From assembly GCA_963788655.1 (NCBI GenBank), contig CAWBHS010000088.1, positions 96,001-160,000 of the forward strand: 64,000 nucleotides of DNA, given 5' to 3'. Numbering within the stretch: the first letter of the stretch is position 1; each line of letters opens with the position of its first letter. Shown piece by piece: positions 1 through 11,160 of the stretch. The position numbers and the translations under genes were made by a program. A model generated the notes under the pieces. That model saw only the letters and a list, made by a program, of their open reading frames with translations. It was not told where the DNA came from and searched no databases. This stretch comes from an uncultured Verrucomicrobiae bacterium (GTDB lineage Bacteria > Verrucomicrobiota > Verrucomicrobiia > Limisphaerales > JAFGQR01).

Positions 1-8
1 CGCACCCG

Positions 9-147
9 CGTTTGGAGTGCGTCCGGCTTGCCGGCGCTTTGGTATGAAGAAGGGCCGGCAAAGCCCTCGGGCGGCGCATCAACCTTTGCCCGCCCTACCG
101 CAAACGAAAGCGGGAGCAAGCTCCACGCACTCCAAACGCTGGCGCGA
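9..147. repeat. REP/REPIN-like element, family A (TTGGAGTGCG...CGCACTCCAA)
   Basis: cgtttggagtgcg (9-21) is the reverse complement of cgcactccaaacg (126-138). 106-147 recurs inverted at 3641-3682, and a related doublet lies at 57112-57200. Confidence 0.85.
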
Positions 148-240
148 TGCCCGAAGACCGGCGGCAATTCACTCACGCTGAACGCCAACACCCGCAGCCT
201 GGCCTGCCTGCGTGCAGGAGCTTTACATGCACGAGAGAGA

Positions 241-357
241 GTAGGACAGGCGTCCCGTCTGTCTCAGACTTCCAAACCAGCGTCCAAACTGGGGAGGATG
301 CTCTGCGTCCGACGGACAGTGAACGCTCCTTCAAGACAGCCGAGACGGCTGTCCTAC
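241..357. repeat. GTAG-type REPIN, family B (117 bp)
   Basis: Arms gtaggacaggcgtcccgtctgtctc and gacagccgagacggctgtcctac. Same architecture at 9466-9581 and 61615-61730. Confidence 0.85.
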
Positions 358-395
358 AACATTGTGACAACGTCTTCAGAGAGTCCCAATGCGCT

Positions 396-701
396 TTACC
401 AATCAGCGTCACTCGGGAACAGGTTGGCGTATTTCACGCTCGAGCGCGGCTCGGCCATCATTGGCGCCACCGTGTCACGCCACTTGGCATAATGCGCGGT
501 TTCCTTGTGCTGCGCCGGGGCTTCCGCCGTGCGATAGGCTTCCACCAGTACAAACCGTGTGGGATCCTCGGCCTGTTGCACGACGTCGAAGCCCGCGATG
601 CCCGGCTCCTGGACACTGGCTTGCGCGTTTTCAAGCGTGGCCTGTTTGAAGGCTTCCACCGTTTCCGGTTTCACATGAACATGAACGTGGACTACTAACA
701 T
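396..701 (-). CDS. Antibiotic biosynthesis monooxygenase (ABM)/LsrG-like putative quinol monooxygenase
   Basis: 101 aa from ATG 701: [13 protein letters not shown]...QEPG..FDVVQ...FVLVEAY...[11 protein letters not shown], typical of the ABM/LsrG family. Confidence 0.85.
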   Translation of the reverse strand: MLVVHVHVHVKPETVEAFKQATLENAQASVQEPGIAGFDVVQQAEDPTRFVLVEAYRTAEAPAQHKETAHYAKWRDTVAPMMAEPRSSVKYANLFPSDADW

Positions 702-715
702 AAATGATCTTCGAG

Positions 716-2480
716 TCAGGCATGGTGGCGTTCTCGTTTCCGTTTCAATTCTTTCAGCAGGCTCTTCAACGGCAGCGTGTTGATGACATCGGCCTTGGTC
801 AACCAGCCTTTGCGCGCGATGCCGGCGCCGAGACGGAGGAAACCGGCGTGTTCGTTGCGGTGGGCGTCGGGATTGATGACGCATTTGACGCCCTTGCTTT
901 TGGCGTACGGCCAAAGCCGCCAGTCGAGATCGAAACGCCGCGGATTGCAGTTCAGTTCGATCCAAGTGCCCGTTTCAGCGCACGCGTCAATGACGGCGCG
1001 CTGGTTGACTTTATACGGTTCCCGTTCGAGCAGCAGCCGGCCAGTCAAATGGCCGAGCGTGTGGACATAAGGATTTTCCGCGACCTTGATCAAGCGTTTG
1101 GTCGTCTCGGCTTCGTTCTTCGAAAAGCCCTGGTGAATGCTGGCCACCACCACGTCCAGTTCGGCGAGCAGGTCATCGGGAAAATCCAGTTTGCCGTCCG
1201 TCAGAATATCCACTTCGGAACCCGTGAGAATGCGAATGTCCTTCCCGGCGGCGGCCAGCGTTTTGTTGAGTTGTTGGATTTCCTTGAGCTGCCGGCGCAA
1301 CCGGGCGGCGTCCAGCCCGTTGGCGACAAAGGAGGATTTCGAGTGATCGGTAATCGCCCAATACTCGAAGCCCAGGTCCTCCATGTAGTCGGCAATCTCC
1401 GCGAGGCTGCCGTGGCCATCGCTCCAGTCGGAATGGTTGTGCAAGGCCCCGCGCAGGTCCGTCCATTCGAGGAGTTGGGGGATCTGGCCTTGCTCGGCGG
1501 CGGCAAACTCGCCCTGGTCTTCGCGCAGTTCGGGCGGGACGTAGGCCAGTTCGAGTTGGTCGAAAATCTCTTCCTCCGTCTGGCACCGGACCAGCAGTTT
1601 GGGATCGCGGGTTTCCTCCTTGGATTTGAACAAACCGTATTCATTGAGCCGCAGTCCCCGCTGGATGGCCCGCTGGCGCATCACGATGTTGTGCTCCTTG
1701 CTGCCGGTGAAGTACGCCAGCGCAAACGGAAACTCCGCGTCACTGACCACGCGCAAATCCGCCTGGATGCCGCCTTCGAGAATCACGCTGGCCTTGGTGT
1801 CGCCTTTGGCGCTGATGCTCAAAATGCCCGGCTGGCTGGTGAAGTAGTCAATCACCGCGACCGGCTTTTTCGAGGACACCAGGAAGTCCACGTCACCAAT
1901 GATCTCCTTGTGCCGGCGCACACTGCCGGCGGGGCTGCAACGGATCACGTCCGGGTGTGCGCGCAGGCTTTCCAAAATCGGTTCCGCGACCACCAACGCG
2001 TCGCTCAGCAGATGGCGCGAGGCATACTGGCGCCGGAACGCAATGCCTTCGAGAATCTTGGTCTGCGTCTTTTCGCCGAAGCCCTCGATCACCGCGACCT
2101 GGCCAGCTTGGCAGGCGGCTTCCAATTCCTCGACGGTGGTGATCTTCGAGCACGTCACTCAGCTTCTTCACCTTCTTCGGCCCGAGCGCTGGGATTTCCA
2201 GCATCGCCACCAAGCCCGCCGGCACGGAGGCCTTCAGTTCGTCGTAGTAGGGCAGTTTGCCGGTTTGGACCAGTTCGGTAATTTTCTTTTGGATGCCTTC
2301 GCCAATGCCTTTGATTTCGCCCAATCGGTCTTCGGCAACGATCTTGTCCAACGGCTCGGCCAGACTTTCGAGCGTGCGGGCGGCATTGGCGTAGGCGCGA
2401 GTTTTAAACGGATTCTCGCCCTTGAGTTCGAGCAGGATGCCAATCTCACCCAAAATTTCGGCGACTTGATCTTTGTCCAT
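716..2480 (-). CDS. polX: DNA polymerase X / PHP 3'-5' exonuclease; one frameshift near 2150
   Basis: N-terminal [10 protein letters not shown] and HhH GIGEG (ORF 1893-2489) join ORF 716-2158, which has [20 protein letters not shown] and the PHP motifs [18 protein letters not shown]. Confidence 0.92.
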
Positions 2481-2532
2481 GCGCCGCATGGTAAACCGCC
2501 GCGCCGGGGTGCAAAGCGTAAAATGGGCGGTC

Positions 2533-3525
2533 TTAGTCCGAGAGCCTGGCGGTCGCTCTGGTGCCGCGCAGCATTCGGGTCCGTGTCACCCAACGTTCCC
2601 AGTCGAAGCCAGTCCCTCGCGGCGGTTTCTTTTGAGCGATGCCAACCTGGCAACTTCCATCGAGCTTCAATGCCCAGTCCACTTGAAAGAACGCCAAGAT
2701 TCCACCGGCAAATTCAAGAGTCTTCGGCCAGCCAGGCGGCGGTTTGGCTCCGAAGAAATCCGCGTAAATCAACCAAACCCAAATCTGCCCGGCCGCCTGC
2801 TCCTTCAGCGGTCCGACGTGAATCGTGAATTCATCCGATTGAACGGCGCGGACGATCGTCTGTCCGTTGACCTTTGCGGTTATCCCTGAGGGATGCCACT
2901 CGGCGGAGACCAATGGCATCCGCTTGGTGTCTGCGGACTCGTGCTCGCCGCGTGCGTCGTATTTCCGAATCAGCACGGCAGCGAAATCATTGTCCACGCC
3001 TTTGCCCGGATCCACGCCGCCGTAACGCTCGACCCGCTCGATCCCTGGGAGCCGCAGCAAATACGACAAGTTCGGCCACAACCATTGGTGATCGGCATCC
3101 CACACGCGGACCTCCCGCATCCAGGAATACTCCGGAAAGGCCAGATGCGAATTCCAGAACTGCCGGGCGGCCTCGTCGTGGGGACGTTCCAATAGCACCG
3201 TAGGCCGTAGCACGCCGGCGTTGGTCGATGAGTCTGTCAGGCGTGTCACAAACCTTCCCTGCAAGAGGGGCCTGGTTGCCGGCCGGGAGGTGGAATGGAA
3301 ATCTTGTGGTGGCCAGTAAACCTGGAACGTCGTGGCTTTCTCCTCGTCGGCAAACCGATGGAACGTTTGCCAGCCCATGCCCGGATTGCCCAAGACGTCA
3401 TCAATCTCGCGCGGTTCAACCCGGACATGGCGAGCAGCGGATTCGGCGCCGCCTACGGGTGTGATTTGAAGCAAGGTGGTGACCATGACCGCCAACGTGA
3501 AGCCATTGAATCGGGCTGATTTCAT
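2533..3525 (-). CDS. Secreted hypothetical protein, possibly chimeric
   Basis: Signal-peptide-like MKSARFNGFTLAVMVTTLLQ..., then NPGMGWQTFH. The remainder is not recognised. Confidence 0.6.
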   Translation of the reverse strand: MKSARFNGFTLAVMVTTLLQITPVGGAESAARHVRVEPREIDDVLGNPGMGWQTFHRFADEEKATTFQVYWPPQDFHSTSRPATRPLLQGRFVTRLTDSSTNAGVLRPTVLLERPHDEAARQFWNSHLAFPEYSWMREVRVWDADHQWLWPNLSYLLRLPGIERVERYGGVDPGKGVDNDFAAVLIRKYDARGEHESADTKRMPLVSAEWHPSGITAKVNGQTIVRAVQSDEFTIHVGPLKEQAAGQIWVWLIYADFFGAKPPPGWPKTLEFAGGILAFFQVDWALKLDGSCQVGIAQKKPPRGTGFDWERWVTRTRMLRGTRATARLSD

Positions 3526-3640
3526 GGGAGCCTTTGTGGAGCGTCCACGTCGGCAAAGCAAGCAGATCATGTTGTTCACGAGGGGGGCGGTGCCGCTCCA
3601 AGGTAATCATCCGGGTCCAGTTGCGCTTGGCCCCCGAACG

Positions 3641-3682
3641 TCGCGCCAGCGTTTGGAGTGCGTGGAGCTTGCTCCCGCTTTC
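3641..3682. repeat. Family A REP solo arm
   Basis: Exact reverse complement of 106-147. Confidence 0.85.
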
Positions 3683-3759
3683 GGTTGTCGCCGGTTGAAA
3701 GTTGTGCGTGACCAATCTTCATCGACCGGTTCTAATCGCCTCCCGACGCGCATGGTATC

Positions 3760-4515
3760 ATGGTCGAGACACTCACGGCACACAATCTGGTCAAGCGATT
3801 CGACAGCGTAACCGCTGTGGATCACGTCAGTTTGAATGTGTGCGCCGGCGAAGTGGTGGGCTTGCTGGGCCCCAATGGCGCGGGCAAGACCACCACGTTG
3901 CGCGTGCTGGCCGGCATCCTTCAGCCCACCGACGGCCAGGTGTTCGTCAACGGTGCCGATCTGCGGGAAGCCCCGCTCGAGGCGAAACGGCACATCGGTT
4001 TTCTGTCCGGTGACACCCAATTGTACCAGCGACTCAGCCCACGCGAGGTGCTCCGTTATTTTGGCCGGCTTTATTTGTTGCCCGAAGCTGAGTTGAACCG
4101 TCGTATCGAACAGTTGGTCGAGGAATTGGAGATGGCGGCGTTTGCGGATCGTCCTTGCCGGACGTTGTCCTCGGGACAAAAACAGCGCGCCAACATTGCC
4201 CGCGCCTTTTTACACGATCCGGACGTGCTGATTCTCGACGAGCCCACCGCGGCGCTCGACGTGGTCAGCGGTCAATTCATCGTGGAAGCCATCCGCCGCA
4301 AACGGGCCGCTGGCCGGGCGGTGCTGTTTTCCACGCACATCATGAGCGAGGCGGAGAGCTTGTGCGACCGCATCTATTTTCTGCACCAGGGGCGGGTCAC
4401 CGATTGCGGTCCCGCCACGGACATCCTGGCACGAACCGGTTGCGCGAATTTGACGGACGCATTCTTGCACCATGTGCGGTCCACCGGCAATGCCGCCGCC
4501 CGGCCTGCGACTTAA
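3760..4515 (+). CDS. ABC transporter ATP-binding protein (NatA-like)
   Basis: Walker A GPNGAGKTT, signature LSSGQKQR, Walker B ILDEPT, H-loop STHIMSE. Confidence 0.93.
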   Translation: MVETLTAHNLVKRFDSVTAVDHVSLNVCAGEVVGLLGPNGAGKTTTLRVLAGILQPTDGQVFVNGADLREAPLEAKRHIGFLSGDTQLYQRLSPREVLRYFGRLYLLPEAELNRRIEQLVEELEMAAFADRPCRTLSSGQKQRANIARAFLHDPDVLILDEPTAALDVVSGQFIVEAIRRKRAAGRAVLFSTHIMSEAESLCDRIYFLHQGRVTDCGPATDILARTGCANLTDAFLHHVRSTGNAAARPAT

Positions 4516-4534
4516 ATCGTTCCCTTGCTCTACC

Positions 4535-6676
4535 ATGCGCCTGCCGATTGTCTGGACCATTTTCCGCAAAGAAATCACCGAAGCCTTGCGCGATCGGTTG
4601 ACGCTGATGGTGGTCATCGGCTTGCCGATCCTCATCTATCCGCTGATGATCTTGAGCCTGGCCAAGCTCCAAAAAACGCAGGCACAGGCGGAGAAAGCAC
4701 AAGCCTCGGAAGTGACGATTTGGGGGCAGCCGCCGTCCGGCTTGCTCGACTCATTGAAACGCGCCAACCCGTTGTCGGTGGCAGTCTGGAAAGGCGCGCC
4801 TCCCACGGTCCGCCATGACCTGCAAACCGGCAAACTCCAACCGCCACCGCGGCTCGAGCGCACCAATCAAACCACCGCAGCGTCCGAAACCAATACGGAT
4901 GCCGACACCAAAGATCGCGCGCCGGAGGAAGCGGAAAGCGCGCTGCTCGACGGGGCGCGGGCGGTGCTGACCGGTCGCGAATTCGGCGCGGTGTTAATTC
5001 TTTGGCCCGGCTTTGAGCAAGCGTTGGTTTCCGACAAATTGGGCCAGGTTTCGATCTATTACGATTCGGTCCGTCCGGCATCCCGCCTGGCGCGGGATCG
5101 GTTGGTTGACGCACTGATGGCTTACCGGAAGGATCTGGTGCAGGCGCGCGAGGAGGCGCATTTGTTGCCCGCCGGATTTTCCCAAGCGGTGGAAATCCGG
5201 TCACGCAATCTCGCGCCAACCCAACGCCGGGCCGGGCAGCGATTGGGCATGCTGTTGCCGTTCGTGTTGATCATGCTCTCGGCCACCGGCGCGCTCTACG
5301 CCGCCATCGATTTGACCGCCGGCGAAAAGGACCGGGCCACGATGCAGACGCTGCTGTGCGCGCCCATCCGTTCACTGGAGATTGTGGCGGGCAAATTTCT
5401 GGCCGTGTGGTGCATCAGCCTCATTTCGGCCCTGGCCAACATGGCCAGTCTGGGCGCCACGGTAGCGCGCATGTCGGCCACGGCGGAATTGTTGACCCTG
5501 CCGCTGTCGAGCTATCTGCTGGCGTTTGCCCTGCTCCTGCCAGCGACGTTCATGGTCACGTCGTTTTTCCTCGCGGTAGCGGTGCTGGCCCGCGACGCCA
5601 AGGATGCCGGCAATTTCCTCGGCGCCACGTTGACCCTCCTGCTGATGCCGCTCGTCGTGGCAATGACGCCGGGCGTCGAACTCAATTCCTGGACTGCCTT
5701 TGTACCGCTGGTCAATATTTCCCTGCTCATCAAAGCCTTGTTCCTCAGTGAGGCAAAACCAGACGCCGTGTTCCTCACGCTGGTGTCGTCAGTAACCTAC
5801 GCGATGCTGGCGATGCTGTTTGCGGCGCGGGCGTTCGGGCGGGAACAAATTCTCCTCGGTGGACGAGCTTCGTTGCGGGCGGTGTTCCGTCCGGAGCGCA
5901 AGACCGGAGCGTTGCCCACACCGGGCCTGGCCCTGGCCTCGTTTGCGGGCATCCTCGTGTTGACGTTCTATGCCAGTCTGCTGCTGAAGCAAAGTGGTCT
6001 CGTTACCAGCTTGCTGGTCACGCAATACGGTTTCTTCCTGCTGCCGGTGGCGGCGTTGACGAGCTATTTGAAATTCCCGCTGGTGCGCACCTTCTCGTTG
6101 CGGGCGCCCTCTTGGCGCGGATGGCTGGCCGCCCTTTTGATCGGCGTTTCCGCCTGGGCAGCCATCGGCGGATTTGTCATCCGCTTGTTGCCGCCGCCCG
6201 AATCGTTGGTCAAAGCATTGAGCAAAATCGTGCTGCTGGGGGATGAACAAACGCCCGTGTGGATCGCCTGGTTGGTGGTGGCCATCACCCCGGCGATTTG
6301 CGAAGAACTGCTCTTCCGTGGCCTGATCTTATCGGCGTTGCGCCGGTTGGGGAATTGGCCGGCGCTGATCATTTCCTCGCTGCTGTTTGCGGTGGCGCAT
6401 GCCTCGATCTATCGGCTGTTGCCCACGTTCTTCCTGGGCCTGCTGCTCGGTTATGTCGTGTTGCGGACACGTTCGATTGCCAGCAGCATGACCATTCACG
6501 CTTTGAACAACGGCATCGCCGTGGCCCTGGCTCGCTATCCGGCGCTGGCCGGGTGGCTGCACCTCAACGATGCGACGTTTGTTCCCTGGTCGGTCACCTG
6601 GCCGGCGCTGGCGGTGCTGGCGATTGCGCTGCTGATGCTCAAACGCGGGCCGAGAATAATGACCAATGAGCAATGA
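4535..6676 (+). CDS. ABC-2 permease (NatB-like) fused to CPBP/Abi (CAAX-type) intramembrane protease
   Basis: KEITEALRDR and AIDLTAGEKDRATMQTLL permease motifs. C-terminal EELLFRG...FAVAH...HALNN CPBP motifs. Confidence 0.88.
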   Translation: MRLPIVWTIFRKEITEALRDRLTLMVVIGLPILIYPLMILSLAKLQKTQAQAEKAQASEVTIWGQPPSGLLDSLKRANPLSVAVWKGAPPTVRHDLQTGKLQPPPRLERTNQTTAASETNTDADTKDRAPEEAESALLDGARAVLTGREFGAVLILWPGFEQALVSDKLGQVSIYYDSVRPASRLARDRLVDALMAYRKDLVQAREEAHLLPAGFSQAVEIRSRNLAPTQRRAGQRLGMLLPFVLIMLSATGALYAAIDLTAGEKDRATMQTLLCAPIRSLEIVAGKFLAVWCISLISALANMASLGATVARMSATAELLTLPLSSYLLAFALLLPATFMVTSFFLAVAVLARDAKDAGNFLGATLTLLLMPLVVAMTPGVELNSWTAFVPLVNISLLIKALFLSEAKPDAVFLTLVSSVTYAMLAMLFAARAFGREQILLGGRASLRAVFRPERKTGALPTPGLALASFAGILVLTFYASLLLKQSGLVTSLLVTQYGFFLLPVAALTSYLKFPLVRTFSLRAPSWRGWLAALLIGVSAWAAIGGFVIRLLPPPESLVKALSKIVLLGDEQTPVWIAWLVVAITPAICEELLFRGLILSALRRLGNWPALIISSLLFAVAHASIYRLLPTFFLGLLLGYVVLRTRSIASSMTIHALNNGIAVALARYPALAGWLHLNDATFVPWSVTWPALAVLAIALLMLKRGPRIMTNEQ

Positions 6677-6851
6677 CCAAGCGCCAGAGAATGACCAATG
6701 GCCAATGACCAGCTCACAATGCAGCTACACTTCTTAGCTGGTAGCAGCGGACGTGAGTCCGCTCACTGTTTTCACCAACAACCTCCCAACGTCTGTTTGG
6801 GCTTTGGAACCTGGTCATTCTCTGGTGCTTGGTCATTGGACATTGGTCATT
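6658..6851. repeat. Heptamer (AATGACC) tandem-repeat element with 40-bp inverted arms
   Basis: 6658-6697 and 6812-6851 are near-perfect reverse complements. The element lies between convergent genes. Confidence 0.85.
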
Positions 6852-6869
6852 CGACGCCGGCTGGTGCAG

Positions 6870-9337
6870 TCACAACTTCCATTTCGCCCTGACTTCGGGC
6901 AACCAACGGTCCAACAGATCGCGGCAGTTGAGCACTTTTTCGGCAAGGTCGAGCGGGACGTAGTAATACTGGTTCGAGGCTTCAAAACCGAGACGGGAAT
7001 CGCGGCTCTGGAGCGCCGCCAGCCGTCGGGCCAGCGCCAGTTCTTCTTTGAGCAAGGTCGTCAGTAAGACGATTTGCGCGCGGGCGGCTTCCGGTTCTTT
7101 GGCGGCATCGAGTGCGCGGCGTGCCAGGACGAACCGGGCCTGGTTGGCGGCGCTGCGAAAGTGGATCGCCGCCGCTTCAGCGACGCTCAGTTCGCCTTGC
7201 AGAGATCGTTGTTCGGCGGGTGAAGTTTGGTTCGCTGCCGCGACCGTCTTCAACTTGGTCAAAGCGTTATCGAAGCCATCGGCGACTTTGGTGAGTTGCC
7301 CAATAAACACGTCGGGCGGATACACGGCGCGCCAGCCATCCAGGTCGTCGTAGGGGAAGCCAACCATCGTCGCGGCATAGCCGGTTGGTTTGGCCCAGAG
7401 CAGATTGGACGGTCCCGTCTGCAACGGTGCGCGATAAACCAACGCGGGGTGAAAGGGAAACTGGCTGAAGGCCGCGCTGAATTCCCGCCAAGCCGTGACC
7501 ATAGCCGCAGCGAGAGCCTGGCCGAAACGCCGTTCCGCGACGCGTTGCATCGCTTCCAGGGGAGTGAGGTCGGCCGAGTTCGCCACTTCGGCCACGACTT
7601 CGAGATTGGGCGACGGATAGCCGCCCAACGTCCAACCGAGCATCAGCCCATCCACCTTCGCCGCGCGCAAGTTGGCCGCATGTTGGGCCACGTTTTCGAG
7701 GGCGGGAATGTACGGCACGGCGGATAATTCCCAAGTATTCCCCGCTTGGATCTTGGCGATGGTTTTCAAGCCACGCTGGCGGGCCAACTCCCAATGCCGC
7801 CTGGCGCGCGGCCCCGGACCGATGGTGGAGATCGAGTATTCGCCGATCACACTTTTCACGCCGCCGCGTTCGATGGGCAGGCTCCATTCGCTAACGCTCA
7901 TTAGCGCGACCGCTGGGGGCAGTTGGGCGATGATGTCCGGCGCCCACGCGTCGTTCCAGCCCCAGTCCCAGACGATCAATGATGGGCCCTTGGCGGGCAG
8001 GGCCGGGGCGACAGAGCTGACTTGAGCTGGACGGTCAGCACGGTTTGGTTGCTGGTTTGCCGTCGAGGCTGGCAAAGCCTTGCCTTGCCCCAGTTGGATC
8101 CCCTCGTAGAACAACCGGTTGACTTCCGCAATCACGTCGGCGGGCGGACGTTTGCCGCACCGGGGACAACCTTTGCCCTGGTGGTGCGACCAGCAATTGG
8201 TCAGGTTTTCCGAGCCGCTGATCGTGAAGAAGCCGGCCAGATCGGGCACCGCGCGAACAATGGCTGCCACCGCTTCCCGCAAATATTGCTGCACCTCCGG
8301 ATGACTGGTGCAGAGCGCGGCATGATCCCCTTCACCCACGCCCTTCAATTCGGCGTGTTGCTGGAAGAATGCCTGGGGCATGGAGCGCGGTTCATTCAGA
8401 TACAGGTAAAGGCCAATGCCGTGACGCCGCGCCCGGGCAACGAGCGTTTGCAGGTTCTTTAGCCGCTCTTCGTGTCGGTTACTGAGGGATGGTTGCCACG
8501 GGAACCGGAAGAGTTTGTAGAGCACGGCCTGTAACCAAACCCCGTCCACGCCGGCGGTCGCGAGCCGGGCCAAGTAACCGTCGGGATACGGATCGGCTTC
8601 AGGCTCGAGCAACGGATCGCCGTACAGCGCGAAGTAGGAATAGCAGAAACGCGGCGTCAGGCGTGAGGATTGAACCACCGGCACCGGAGCGGCGGGCTTC
8701 GCCGAAAGGCGGGCGACAAAGCCGAACAATTCATCTTCGTGGTGATCCAGACCGTCAGGAAATTCCTCGCGAATGAGCCGTGCAATTTCCTTGGCACGAT
8801 TTCGGGCGGCGGTAGTGGGCGGCGCAAACTTGAGCGGTTCGCAGGCGGGTTTCAGGTTGCCCAATTTGATGAACAGAAAATCGTCTTCGCGCAACGTGTA
8901 GGCGAGCTGGTCCGGTGTCCAATCCAGCAATGCCAACAACTGCTCGTACGGCAGCAGGTGCCAGTTGCGTTTGATCACGGTGAGGTACGACCGGCGCTGC
9001 TGGTCTGAGGTGATTGGCGGTGGTTCGGGCAGGCCCATCGCTTTGCCCAATTGGAGAAGGTCGGATGTCGGGCGCCGATGGACGTGGCCATTCGCTCGAC
9101 GGGAACCAACGGCCAGTTTCGCCAGACAAACGCGTGCAGACGATCCGGGAAATGCGGCAACGGAACCGGAGGAGGCGCACTGCCTTTGGGGAGGGCAGCC
9201 ACCGAGAGCGTCGTGGCGCCGGGTGATGCGGGGCTGCTGGTCGCGGCGGACAGGAACCGCGGGGCAAACACCAGGCTGCTCGTGGTTGCGGTTACGGCTT
9301 TGACAAACTCTCTCCGGTTCATGTCATGGGCGTTCAT
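6870..9337 (-). CDS. Large Tat-exported hypothetical protein (possible glycoside-hydrolase-like barrel); frameshift near 9055
   Basis: MNAHDMNRREFVK twin-arginine signal in ORF 8975-9553 continues into the 726-aa ORF 6870-9050. Confidence 0.75.
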
Positions 9338-9465
9338 AAGCAGACATCTCAGTAAAAGCCGCACTACGCTGCAAGGACAATCGCAGGGAAACGAGAGGTG
9401 ACAGGTTGAAGCGTGGTAGGGCTGAAGGGTTGAAGGATGAAGTGCCGGCGAGATGCTTGCGCTAC

Positions 9466-9581
9466 GTAGGACAGCCGTCTCGGCTGTCCCGAACCATACA
9501 ATACGCTTCTTCTGCTTGCGGACGGGTTGCTTGCTGTTGAACGTTGGTTGCAATTCGAGACAGGCGGGACGCCTGTCCTAC
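9466..9581. repeat. Family B GTAG REPIN (116 bp, inverted relative to 241-357)
   Basis: gtaggacagccgtctcggctgtcc ... gagacaggcgggacgcctgtcctac. Confidence 0.85.
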
Positions 9582-9741
9582 GGGCGCGCGTCGATGCCAT
9601 CTTCAGGCTTGGACCTTGGTCCTTCGCTGGGATTTGGCCATTGGGCATTGGGCCTTTTCGTTGGCCCATGGATGGTTCTCAGTTTTGACTATCTATCCCT
9701 TTGCGAAGCTGCTTTGCTGACGCCAATTGAAATTGCGCAGT

Positions 9742-10968
9742 ATGAGACAGATGTTGAAGAATTTGAACTGGCAGTATGGCGCGACACTGGTCCTGACCGG
9801 ATGGTTGGCCCTGGCGGTGACCGGGTGCGGGACGCGGAAGCAAGCCGACGCCGATCCGGCCGGGAATCCACCGGATCCGCTCGCAGTCACCGAGGGCGAG
9901 CCGTTGGTGATCGACGCGCCGGGGGGCAATGCCGCTGCCCCGGCCAAGCCGCTCAGCGAAGCGGACCAAGCCTGGCTGGATTTTCAGCAGGCCACAAAAA
10001 CGCCCGACCCGCCGGAGGCTTGGCAGGAAAAAAAGCCTTCGGACGAAGAAGTGGCCACGTTCAAACGCGGAGCCGCCAACCAATTGGTGCAGGCGGCCGA
10101 CAAAGCCAAGGATTTTTACACGCGCTTTCCCCAGCACGAACAGGCGGCGGAAGCGCATCGGCAGGAAATCGGTTTACTGAACTTTGCGGTGCAACTGGGC
10201 AACACCAACGTGTCGGCCCGTGTGGAACAACTTGAGGCCGCCCGCTTGAAGGATCCGGCATTGTCTGAGGATGACCGCCTGGAGTTACGGGTCCAGCAGT
10301 TGCAGCGGGTGATGGCGTCCAGCAACGAGACGAATAAAACGGCATCCTTGAAGGAATTGGAGCAAGGAGTTCGTGCGTTGCAGAAGGAATTTCCCCAACG
10401 TCCTGAGATTTGGGGTTTGATGCTGTTTGCCGCGGAGCGGTGGCTGGAAGCGAACGAAGGCGCCAGGGCCAGCGCGCTGGCGGCCGAGGTGGCGGCGGCG
10501 GACGTGGACGAAGAACTCAAAACCGGCGCGGCCGAGTTGCAGCGGCGGGCGGGCCGGTTGGGCAAACCGCTGGCGTTGAAATACACGGCGATCGACGGAC
10601 GCGAGGTGGATTTGCAGAAGATGCCCAACAAGGTGGTGCTGGTGGATTTTTGGGCCACCTGGTGCCGGCCATGCATGGCGGAGTTGCCCAACGTGAAAGC
10701 TGCTTACGAGAAACTTCATCCGAAGGGTTTTGAGATTGTCGGCATCAGCTTTGACAAAGAAAAAGCTGCCTTGGAACGGGTGGTGAAACAGGAGCAGATG
10801 GCCTGGCCCCAATACTTCGAGACTGGCACCGGCGAACACCAATTTGGTGAGACCTTCGATATTAGCAGCATTCCCACGATGTGGCTGGTGGACAAGAAGG
10901 GCGTGCTCCGGGATTTGAACGGTCGTGAGAACCTGGCGGCCAAGGTCGAAAAGCTGCTGGCCGAATAA
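9742..10968 (+). CDS. TlpA/ResA-family thiol-disulfide oxidoreductase lipoprotein
   Basis: Lipobox AVTGC, VVLVDFWATWCRPC, IPTMWLVDKKG. Confidence 0.9.
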   Translation: MRQMLKNLNWQYGATLVLTGWLALAVTGCGTRKQADADPAGNPPDPLAVTEGEPLVIDAPGGNAAAPAKPLSEADQAWLDFQQATKTPDPPEAWQEKKPSDEEVATFKRGAANQLVQAADKAKDFYTRFPQHEQAAEAHRQEIGLLNFAVQLGNTNVSARVEQLEAARLKDPALSEDDRLELRVQQLQRVMASSNETNKTASLKELEQGVRALQKEFPQRPEIWGLMLFAAERWLEANEGARASALAAEVAAADVDEELKTGAAELQRRAGRLGKPLALKYTAIDGREVDLQKMPNKVVLVDFWATWCRPCMAELPNVKAAYEKLHPKGFEIVGISFDKEKAALERVVKQEQMAWPQYFETGTGEHQFGETFDISSIPTMWLVDKKGVLRDLNGRENLAAKVEKLLAE

Positions 10969-11020
10969 GCGCCGGAACCGCGAATGCATCCAACGCAATC
11001 GCGCTGCGACCAAGCGGTTG

Positions 11021-11055
11021 GTAGGGCGAGACTCCGTCGAGCCGTGACTTCCCCG
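11021..11055. repeat. Family C GTAG REP solo arm
   Basis: gtagggcgagactccgtcgagccgtgacttccccg matches the arms at 58127 and 58262-58296 (inverted). Confidence 0.85.
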
Positions 11056-11160
11056 CCTTGCGACCGGACAAGGAAGCCGAACCCGTGGGAAGCCATCAAG
11101 CGTTTGAAGCTCTCCAAGAGACCATGCTCACGCGACAATACTGCGGGCGGTTTCCTGGAT

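Noticed and set aside
28..492. ORFs spanning the REP clusters (also 9453-10235 and the 5' part of 61600-61803)
   Set aside because: The translations are repeat-derived (for example GQASRLS, RRLSY) and lack other coding signals.
704..2281. Long antisense ORFs (704-2281, 10984-12267, 18034-19686, 22707-24968 and others)
   Set aside because: They are shadows of well-supported opposite-strand genes in GC-rich DNA and carry no motifs.
9400..9441. Short period-8 repeats (gaagggtt-like; also aactggcg at about 56990-57007)
   Set aside because: Too short and degenerate to support a specific claim.
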